Positions 22,809 through 28,653 of a DNA stretch of 28,653 nt are shown piece after piece (position 1 is the stretch's first letter; each line of letters begins with the position of its first letter). Below the pieces are notes generated by a model, which had not been told where the DNA came from, ran no database searches, and saw only the letters and a list, made by a program, of their open reading frames with translations. The stretch comes from an uncultured Planctomycetaceae bacterium (GTDB lineage Bacteria > Planctomycetota > Phycisphaerae > SM23-33): positions 1 to 28,653 of the forward strand of contig CAYWTX010000329.1 of the NCBI GenBank assembly GCA_964461295.1, written 5' to 3'. Position numbers and translations under genes: made by a program.

Positions 22809-24704
22809 TCACTTCGCTCCCCCGGGCGCCGCAGCGGCCTGCCTGGCCGCCAGGCCCCGGACCTTGCCGGCCCCGATACCCGCGGCCGCCTTGCGAAGGG
22901 CATCGACGGCTTCCTTGTCGCCGCGATCGTGCAGCAACTCGTATTTCGCCGCATACGTCCTGGCATCCCAGCCTTCCAGCGAGGCATAGTGAACGCCCCT
23001 CAGTCTGGCCAGAGCAGCGCGGAATTGCTCCGCCGCCGCCAGCGAGCCCAACTCGCCCACTTCGCAATCCAGCACGACCGGCCGTGCCGCGGCGACGGCC
23101 TTGTCGGCGGCCGAGAGCAGCTTCTCGGCCAGTTCGCCCGCGGCCGCCTTGACGGCGCTGTTGGCGGCGTCCTCCTCGCGGAGGAGACGTTCGCCCCGCT
23201 TGGCGGCCGTCGTGACGGCGGCCAGTTCCAGCCGCGCCGGATCGAGGATCCGGCCCGCCAGCGAGGCGTCGAACGAGTAGAAGTTCCCGAACTTCTCGTT
23301 GAGCTTGGCCGCGCCGCTGGTGTGCACGAAGAAGCTCGCCTCGCCCGCGACCACCCGGTAACCGGCCTTCTGCAACGCCTCGGCCAGCACCCGGCTTGCG
23401 GCGGCGGTCTTCGCCGACCCGCCCGACAACTCCAGCGTTTCCTCGCAGAGGATCCGCACGAGACGCAGCTTGTCGGCCGCTTCCTTCGCGACCGCGGCCT
23501 TCTGGACGGCTCCCAGCGTCGGCACGGGCACGACCGGGTTCATCCGCGCGGCTACCTTGACCAGCCCGCCGGCCTCGACGCAATCCGTCACGGTCACGCC
23601 CGCTCTGCCGAACTTGCCGGCCGCGGCCTCGAAAACCTTCCGGACATCCGGCGTGCCATGGGGCACGAAGGCCGTGAAGATGGCTACCCCCACCTTGCAC
23701 GACACCAGTGTGGCCGCCAGGACCGATTCCTGCCCCTTCATGTGGTCGCGAAGGGCGGCCGCATCCGCTTCGCTGGGGACGTCCGACACCGTCAACTCGA
23801 CGCGGATGGGCGCCGGCGGATTCACCCGGCCCTCCACGCGGATGGGCTTCGCGGTCGCCGTATAGGACGTCACCTCTATGCCCCGCGGGGAATGCTTCTC
23901 CAGCCCCGCCGTCAGCGAGGGGCGGAAATCCCGGGAACCGGGGGCATACGCGATCGTGAAGCTGCCCTTCCCGCCGCTGAAGGCGCCAAGCTTGACCGAC
24001 TGCACGCCGGGCAGTTTGCCGAGGTAGTCGCACAGGGCGTCGGCGGCCCTCACGTCGGCAAGATCGACCACCGTCAACGCCACGAGGATGGGTTGCGGCC
24101 GAGGCGGCGCCACAACCGGGGGCGGGGGCGGAACCGCTTCGGGCGGCTTGACCACGGGCGGCGGCGGCGGGGGCGGAACCGCTTCAGGCGGTTTGACCAC
24201 GGGCGGCGGCGGCGGGGGCGGAACCGCTTCAGGCGGTTTGACCACGGGCGGCGGCGGCGGGGGCGGAACCGCTTCGGGCGGCTTGACCACGGGCGGCGGC
24301 GGCGGGGGCGGAACCGCTTCAGGCGGCTTGACCACGGGCGGCGGCGGCGGGGGCAAGGCGGGCGCGCTCACGCCCGCCAGGACTCGGGCCGTTCGCCCGT
24401 CCACGAAGTACTTCTTGACGCTCGCGCCGCACTTGCCCAGGTTCCGGGCGAAGTACTCGTGCTGGGGGACATCGCCCCCCCTGGCGGCGATCAGGTACTC
24501 AGCCCGCCCGGTTGCCTCGTCCCAGCCTTGCAGTGCAACGCTGTCCGGCTGGAACTGTCGCGACAGGTCGGCGTGCAGCGAACTCGCCTGCTGCCGGGCG
24601 GCCACGCCGTCCACGGCGACCTCGGCCTTCCAGCCGCAACCGGCCAGGGCGCCCGCCGCCGCTACCATGAATGCCGCCTTCCACAGCGACCCTATCGGCT
24701 TCAT
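22809..24704 (-). CDS. Lipoprotein with a 5 x 15-aa polyproline spacer and several repeated ~50-aa alpha/beta modules
   Basis: The ATG at 24704 lies 8 nt after AAGGAG (frame open to 24788). The lipobox is MKPIGSLWKAAFMVAAAGALAGC. The repeat (VVKPPEAVPPPPPPP) occurs five times. Recurrent module starts are AEVAVDGVAARQQASSLHADL, ILVALTVVDLADVRAADALCDYLGKLPGV, IRVELTVSDVPSEADAAALRDHMKGQESV and VVLDCEVGELGSLAAAEQFRAALARLRGV. Confidence 0.75.
   Translation of the reverse strand: MKPIGSLWKAAFMVAAAGALAGCGWKAEVAVDGVAARQQASSLHADLSRQFQPDSVALQGWDEATGRAEYLIAARGGDVPQHEYFARNLGKCGASVKKYFVDGRTARVLAGVSAPALPPPPPPVVKPPEAVPPPPPPPVVKPPEAVPPPPPPPVVKPPEAVPPPPPPPVVKPPEAVPPPPPPPVVKPPEAVPPPPPVVAPPRPQPILVALTVVDLADVRAADALCDYLGKLPGVQSVKLGAFSGGKGSFTIAYAPGSRDFRPSLTAGLEKHSPRGIEVTSYTATAKPIRVEGRVNPPAPIRVELTVSDVPSEADAAALRDHMKGQESVLAATLVSCKVGVAIFTAFVPHGTPDVRKVFEAAAGKFGRAGVTVTDCVEAGGLVKVAARMNPVVPVPTLGAVQKAAVAKEAADKLRLVRILCEETLELSGGSAKTAAASRVLAEALQKAGYRVVAGEASFFVHTSGAAKLNEKFGNFYSFDASLAGRILDPARLELAAVTTAAKRGERLLREEDAANSAVKAAAGELAEKLLSAADKAVAAARPVVLDCEVGELGSLAAAEQFRAALARLRGVHYASLEGWDARTYAAKYELLHDRGDKEAVDALRKAAAGIGAGKVRGLAARQAAAAPGGAK
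24127..24351 (-). repeat. Five perfect-phase 45-nt tandem repeats encoding the polyproline spacer
   Basis: The unit is GGCGGAACCGCTTC[G/A]GGCGG[C/T]TTGACCACGGGCGGCGGCGGCGGGG, repeated five times, with a degenerate partial copy from about 24106. The only differences between copies are two positions that are synonymous on the coding strand (CCC/CCT Pro, AAG/AAA Lys). Confidence 0.95.
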
Positions 24705-24798
24705 CGCCTGGTCTCCTTCTCCAGATTTCCAGAGCGTTCGTTCTTCTGCCTGCCGGTGCATCTCGCGCGTCACGGCGCCCTGCCGCACGCACGCGGAA

Positions 24799-25971
24799 TC
24801 ATGCGTTCGCCTGCTGCCATTGGCGATACCGCGCCGCCTGTTCGTCGTTGGCCTGGGGCACTGTGGCGGCCAACTCGAAATCGCCGATCGTCAGCGGGCG
24901 CACGCGAAGCCGGTAGCCCTCCACCGCACGTCGCCCCGCGTCCACATGCCGCAGCAGGTCGGGGTTCTGCTCCATCACCATCCGCTGCACGGCCGCTTCG
25001 CAGAGCTGCGCAATCCGCCGCCCCGAATGACCGTCCGTGCGCTTGACCAGTTCCTCCGCGCCGCCGCTCAGGGAGTAGCCCTTCCGGCCGATGGCGATCT
25101 CCAGTATGCCGCGCCGCACTTCGGCATCGGGCAGCGGCACGTACACGCGGCGGTCGAACCGCGAAAGAATGGCCGCGTCCAGCAGCCAGGGCAGGTTCGT
25201 CGCCGCCAGCGTGAGGATGAACGTGTCGCGCCCCTTCTCCGCCAGGCCGTCCAACTCCGCCAGCAGTGTGGCCAGCAGCCGACGTTCCGGCCCGCCGCTG
25301 TCGGCTGAGTCGCGACTGGCCGACAGGGCGTCGAACTCGTCGAAGAATACCACCGCCGGCGCGTGGCGCCGGGCTGCCGAATACAAGGCCTCCACCAGCT
25401 TCGTCGATTCGCCGAAGTACTTGCTCAGCATGTTGGACGTCTTGACGTTGAAGAACGTCGCCTCCAACTCATTGCTGGCCGCCGCGGCCAGGAGCGTCTT
25501 GCCCGTGCCCGGCTGGCCGAACAGCAGGATGTTCCTGCCGCCGGCCAGGCGGACTCCCTCGGGCCGCTCGGCCAGGGCGAAACCGTAGGACAGGCGAATC
25601 TGGTCCTTGACCTCGCCCAGTCCGGCCACGTCCACCCACGTGATGGACGTCTTCTCAATCAGGGCTTCGGCGGCGGAGGCGTATTCGTCGCCGGCGTCAT
25701 CGCCTTCCACGGCCGGGGCAGGCTTCGCCGGCTCGACGGCGGGGGCCAGGCGCAGCGACTCGGCTTCGCGGCGGTACTGTGCGGCCAGCTTCATGCGGCG
25801 CTGCTTCTCCGCCGGCGTGACCGCATAGGAGGCGTATCGCTCGGCCAGGGCGGCGCAGCCCTCGTAGGCCTCGGCGGCCGCGGCCGGCCTGCTTTCCTGG
25901 CGGAGCCCCTTCGCACGCTCCAGCCCGCGCTGTAGCGAGTCGTGCACGCTCTTGCTGAGGTCGATCCCCAT
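24799..25971 (-). CDS. Vps4/katanin/spastin-clade AAA+ ATPase with an MIT-like N-terminal three-helix region
   Basis: The ATG at 25971 follows GGAAGGAAGGA. Walker A is GQPGTGKT (25495-25518), pore loop 1 is SKYFGESTKLV and Walker B is AVVFFDEFDAL. The segment ATNLPWLLDAAILSRFDRRVYVPLPD is nearly colinear with Vps4 [24 protein letters not shown]. The small-domain and C-terminal helix region is …TDGHSGRRIAQLCEAA…LTIGDFELA…DEQAARYRQWQQ. The N-terminal ~75 aa (…AAAEAYEGCAALAERYASYAVTPAEKQRRMKLAAQYRREAESLR) resembles an MIT domain. Confidence 0.8.
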   Translation of the reverse strand: MGIDLSKSVHDSLQRGLERAKGLRQESRPAAAAEAYEGCAALAERYASYAVTPAEKQRRMKLAAQYRREAESLRLAPAVEPAKPAPAVEGDDAGDEYASAAEALIEKTSITWVDVAGLGEVKDQIRLSYGFALAERPEGVRLAGGRNILLFGQPGTGKTLLAAAASNELEATFFNVKTSNMLSKYFGESTKLVEALYSAARRHAPAVVFFDEFDALSASRDSADSGGPERRLLATLLAELDGLAEKGRDTFILTLAATNLPWLLDAAILSRFDRRVYVPLPDAEVRRGILEIAIGRKGYSLSGGAEELVKRTDGHSGRRIAQLCEAAVQRMVMEQNPDLLRHVDAGRRAVEGYRLRVRPLTIGDFELAATVPQANDEQAARYRQWQQANA

Positions 25972-26020
25972 GCGTCCTTCCTTCCGAGGCGAGCGAACCG
26001 TCCGCGCCGGCAGGCAAACA

Positions 26021-26662
26021 TCACACCGGCTCGGGCGCCTCGCCTTCCTTGTCGCTCTTGGCCAGGATCTGGTCGACCTTCTTCATTCCCGTTTCGGCGG
26101 CGGCGGGGTTCTCGACTTCCGCGCTGCGCGCTTCCTGCATCGCCGCCACGATGGCCATGGTGTCCTCGTCCTCCACGCCGGCCAGGTCCACCCCATCCGG
26201 CGACTCCATGGTCTTGAGGATCTGGGCGAACCGCTCCATCTGGAACTGCCCCTCGACCGTCGCCTGCTCGACGTACTTCTGGAGCTCGTCCAGATCCATC
26301 CTGCTGACGACGCTGCTGACGCCCAGCTCCTTGACCAGCGACTCGTTCTCCTTGATGGCCGACAGGCCCGACAGGATGCGCACTTGCCGCGAGATCATCG
26401 CGAGCTGGCGGTCCTTGCCCTTGCCCCCGGCGTCCAACTCCTTGATCTTGCGGGCGATGGCGATCTGCTGCCGTTGCGAAGTCTCGTCCTTGCCCTTGAC
26501 GAAAAGCTGCTGCTTCCGCTTCTCCAGGTCGTCCACTTCCCGTCCCACCCGCTGCTCGACCTGCTCCAGGCGCAGCCGCTCCTTGCGGAGCTCGTCGATC
26601 GTGATCTTCTGGAGGCTCTTCTTGCCCGACAGCATGCCCATCAGCTTGCCCAGCAATTCCAT
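26021..26662 (-). CDS. ESCRT-III/Snf7-like (CdvB/CHMP-like; PspA-superfamily) helical protein
   Basis: 213 aa, with the ATG at 26662 lying 6 nt after AAGGAG. The protein looks all-helical. It is colinear by eye with yeast Snf7: IDELRKERLRLEQVEQRVGREVDDLEKRKQQLFVKGKDETSQ against LREHINLLSKKQSHLRTQITNQENEARIFLTKGNKVMAK, and MDLDELQKYVEQATVEGQFQMERFAQIL against [27 protein letters not shown]. It has a short hydrophobic N-terminal helix (MELLGKLMGML), an acidic segment (GVEDEDTMAIVAAMQEA) and a terminal amphipathic helix (MKKVDQILAKS). Confidence 0.65.
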   Translation of the reverse strand: MELLGKLMGMLSGKKSLQKITIDELRKERLRLEQVEQRVGREVDDLEKRKQQLFVKGKDETSQRQQIAIARKIKELDAGGKGKDRQLAMISRQVRILSGLSAIKENESLVKELGVSSVVSRMDLDELQKYVEQATVEGQFQMERFAQILKTMESPDGVDLAGVEDEDTMAIVAAMQEARSAEVENPAAAETGMKKVDQILAKSDKEGEAPEPV

Positions 26663-26701
26663 GAGGCGCTCCTTCTTTCGCTGTCCGCCACTGTCGGCGG
26701 A

Positions 26702-28015
26702 CTACCGCTTCGATGCCACCAGCCCGATCTCCGGCAGGTCATCCACGATGAACTCGCCGGTCCTGGCCATCTCCCCGAACGCCGCGCGCATCCAGGCCTC
26801 GTGCGCCGCCGCCTTCCGCCCCGCCGCCGCCAGCGAGATGCTGTCCTTGCTCACCAACTCCTCCCGCACCGACGAAATGCACTGGCGCACCTTCTCGGCG
26901 AAGGCCGCGGGATCCAGGATCGGCAGGAATGCCGCCAGACGCTCGTCGCTCTCGTCCCGCCAACTGCGCCCGGTGTGCAAATCCACCAACGCCGCCGCCA
27001 GACGCCGGTCCCGAAAATGCCTCACGCAGGCCGCGTCGGCCACTACCGCGCCGGCGCCGGCCGTCCATCCGGTGGGCGAACCCACCAGCGACACGCGGAA
27101 GCAGTTGGCGTGCTTCGCCTCGTCCGCCATTGCGTTCAGCAGCGACAACAGCTCACACTCCGTCACCGGTTCGGCGTCGAAGCCCGCCGCCGCGATCGCG
27201 TCCACGCGACAGACGAACCGGCCCTCGATCACCAGGCACGCCTTTGGACGCCCCCATCCACCCGCCCGCAGCGTGAACCGGCTGACGGCGCCGCACGGCA
27301 GGGGGCCGCCAGCCCGCGAAGCCGCCTCGACTTCGTGCTTCACCCGCGCCTTGCGCAGCACCAACTCAAGGTTCGACAGCGGCTCGGGCAGACGTTCCAC
27401 CTGCTCCAGCCGCTGCGCGAAGCTCCTGAGGAACGTGTCCTCCGCCACCTTGACGTCTTGGCGGCATACCACCGCCCGCCCCTCCGCGCGAAGGCGGGCC
27501 ACTACCTGCTCGACCGGCTCCAGCCCCGGCGGCGCCGCCGCCGAAGCCCTTGCCGCCTCGCCGGCCGCCTGCTTCTCCCCTGCCCCCGCCGGGCCGCAAA
27601 CCGATGCCGCCGCCGGTTCGAGGGGCTTCCCCTCAGACCCTTTGCCCGACTCCTCGGCTTCCTCGTCGGGCGCCGGCGGCGCGGTCACGCACTCGTGGAT
27701 CTTCTTGATCGTCCAGCACGCCTGGCAGATGGGCTTGCCCGTCGCCTGGCAGAGACCCCCGATCGACAGCTCGCTGAGGATTCGCGCTCCGCACGCTCCG
27801 CACCGCAGCCCGCCGATGGCCGCCTCGCCTTGGACCTGCGAAACCATCAGCCGCTTCTGCCCCTCGAAGTACCCTTCCAGGTCTTCCTCGCGGATGCGAT
27901 AGACCCGGCCTATCCGCCCAGCCGGCAACTCCCCGCTCCGCACGAGGCGGTAGAGCGTCTTGTATTCCACGCCCAATTTCCTCGCCGCGTCCTCGAGTGT
28001 CAGATAGGCGCCCAT
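26702..28015 (-). CDS. Excisionase/MerR-type HTH + four-Cys zinc ribbon + low-complexity linker + ~250-aa unassigned C-terminal domain
   Basis: The ATG at 28015 is preceded by GAAGGGACGGGAG. The HTH_17-like N-terminus is LTLEDAARKLGVEYKTLYRLVRSGELPAGRIGRVYRIREEDLEGYF. The CxxC…CxxC motif is LRCGACGARILSELSIGGLCQATGKPICQACW. The linker is Ala/Pro/Glu-rich. I recognise no motif in the C-terminal domain. Confidence 0.7.
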   Translation of the reverse strand: MGAYLTLEDAARKLGVEYKTLYRLVRSGELPAGRIGRVYRIREEDLEGYFEGQKRLMVSQVQGEAAIGGLRCGACGARILSELSIGGLCQATGKPICQACWTIKKIHECVTAPPAPDEEAEESGKGSEGKPLEPAAASVCGPAGAGEKQAAGEAARASAAAPPGLEPVEQVVARLRAEGRAVVCRQDVKVAEDTFLRSFAQRLEQVERLPEPLSNLELVLRKARVKHEVEAASRAGGPLPCGAVSRFTLRAGGWGRPKACLVIEGRFVCRVDAIAAAGFDAEPVTECELLSLLNAMADEAKHANCFRVSLVGSPTGWTAGAGAVVADAACVRHFRDRRLAAALVDLHTGRSWRDESDERLAAFLPILDPAAFAEKVRQCISSVREELVSKDSISLAAAGRKAAAHEAWMRAAFGEMARTGEFIVDDLPEIGLVASKR

Positions 28016-28065
28016 CTCCCGTCCCTTCGATTTGCCGTGCGTCCCACTTTGCGTCTAGCGGGTAC

Positions 28066-28094
28066 ATTCTCTTGCCGAAGCTTACCCCCGTCAA
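28066..28094 (-). promoter_or_regulatory. Sigma70-like promoter for the six-gene operon: TTGACG-N17-GAGAAT on the minus strand, with an A-rich UP-like tract upstream
   Basis: The -35 is the reverse complement of 28089-28094. The -10 is the reverse complement of 28066-28071. The spacer is 17 nt. On the minus strand the -35 is preceded by AAGAAAAGTAAACAAAAGTG (about 28095-28115), the most AT-rich patch of the region. The predicted leader to the ATG at 28015 is about 45-50 nt. Confidence 0.4.
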
Positions 28095-28282
28095 CACTTT
28101 TGTTTACTTTTCTTACCTCTCAGTTCCTTCATTGACGACTCCGGCCACCTTCGCCCCGTTCGCGTGGCCGCCCCCATAGGGGCTCGGCCGCTTCGCGCTC
28201 GCGGTCCCCTCCCGGTCGTCCTCGTCGTCGTCGGCTGTTTCCCCTCCCTCCCGCCCACCCCGCCATCGCCCTCCCGGCGCGA

Positions 28283-28310
28283 GAAAGATGCGCCTAAAGG
28301 CGCATCTTTC
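28283..28310. terminator. Perfect 13-bp inverted repeat GAAAGATGCGCCT-AA-AGGCGCATCTTTC; bidirectional terminator-like hairpin
   Basis: Read directly. Each arm ends in a TCTTTC pyrimidine run on either strand. It lies about 190 nt upstream of the operon promoter, in a region with no credible ORF, and may insulate the operon from upstream transcription. Confidence 0.35.
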
Positions 28311-28439
28311 CCGGCAAACGCGCCCCAACCCGTACCCCTCCGGCCGGAGTTCCCCTCGAAAAGTGGGCGTGTACGCACCTGTCGGCCGCGCCGCCGATGC
28401 GATACCGGCGCCAGGCGCAGGCGGCTACCCCGGGCGGCC

Positions 28440-28653
28440 AACGTAAACTGGTATAGATTGGGTTCAGTATCCGTCCTTGGATTCCTGGGAAGTGGTAGGC
28501 CCGGCGGGCCGGCATCGGGTAGCCCCGTCCGTAAGGGCGGGGATTGCGAGCAAAGCGAACCGAAGAGGCCCGGCGGGCCGACAGAGCACGCCCGTCGACG
28601 GTGGACAAGCCGGCACCTGTGCCGGCCCTCCGGGCCTTGACCGTTTCCTGGCT
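28440..28653. repeat. Hairpin-dense, REP-like non-coding sequence at the window edge
   Basis: The 14-nt word GGCCCGGCGGGCCG occurs exactly twice (28498-28511 and 28567-28580). Hairpins are CCCCGTCC-GTAA-GGGCGGGG (about 28523-28542, one mismatch) and GCCGGCAC-CT-GTGCCGGC (28609-28626, perfect). There is no credible ORF, and the feature is truncated by the window end. Confidence 0.3.

Noticed and set aside
22744-24033. The N-terminal ~430 codons of the 649-aa ORF 22084-24033.
   Set aside because: This part is an alternate frame of the lipoprotein gene, rich in Gly/Arg. A strong AAGGAG SD and a signal peptide define the true start at 22743.
24127-24351. The 45-nt tandem repeats as a possible CRISPR array or satellite.
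   Set aside because: The units are directly adjacent with no spacers, and they lie in frame inside a CDS encoding (VVKPPEAVPPPPPPP)5. This is a coding repeat and not a CRISPR array.
20105-28135. Very long plus-strand ORFs opposite the ESCRT-like operon: 20105-22375 (756 aa), 22725-25046 (773 aa), 25952-28135 (727 aa) and 26049-27902 (617 aa).
   Set aside because: Their translations are dominated by Arg/Ala/Gly/Pro/Leu runs with no recognisable motif, as expected for antisense frames of GC-rich genes. The minus-strand ORFs they overlap carry clear family signatures and SD-preceded starts.
28140-28653. A possible structured RNA gene (RNase P-like GGGAGGGAGGGGAAAC on the minus strand near 28225-28250; a tRNA-like GGGTTCAGTATCC near 28461-28473), and the ORFs 28091-28441(-) and 28164-28640(+).
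   Set aside because: The universally conserved RNase P core GAGGAAAGTCCGG is absent. The TTCAGTA segment lacks a complementary T-stem and acceptor context. Both ORFs are Arg/Gly/Pro-rich with no motifs. I treat the region as non-coding with hairpins.

Overview
This is a GC-rich bacterial chromosomal segment (about two-thirds G+C by eye, not computed). The domain repertoire resembles PVC/Planctomycetota-type genomes: a TolB-like propeller + CxxCH + FGE-sulfatase fusion, PQQ-like propellers and long Pro-rich linkers. The taxon is inference only. I call 19 protein-coding genes and find no rRNA, tRNA, CRISPR array or transposase. Most other long ORFs in the six-frame track are Arg/Ala/Gly/Pro-rich off-frame or antisense shadows of these genes.

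Layout:
(i) 105-2836, minus strand: an AAA_14/DUF4143 ATPase and an ADP-ribosylglycohydrolase ending in an odd Cys6 tail.
(ii) 2999-13090, plus strand: five co-directional genes for exported proteins, some with overlapping stop/start codons. They are a propeller + 2x CxxCH + SUMF1/FGE-like fusion, two paralogous PQQ-like beta-propellers, a GHL6-like glycosidase and an AlgX/AlgJ-like SGNH protein.
(iii) 13112-14203, minus strand: an exported protein made of two copies of an unassigned ~85-aa domain.
(iv) 14304-19470, minus strand: TetR, lysine 2,3-aminomutase, two Ddl-like ATP-grasp ligases and a GNAT. This is a candidate beta-lysine-derived metabolite cluster that goes beyond the known KamA+GNAT pair.
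(v) 20045-28015, minus strand: a six-gene operon and the main finding. A 213-aa ESCRT-III/Snf7-like helical protein sits directly next to a Vps4/katanin-clade AAA ATPase with an MIT-like N-terminus. Flanking them are an HTH + zinc-ribbon protein, a lipoprotein with a 5 x 15-aa polyproline spacer, a small bitopic periplasmic protein, and a zinc-ribbon + SPFH + coiled-coil + zinc-ribbon protein (YdjI-like).

All family assignments come from motif recognition by eye. No searches were run.
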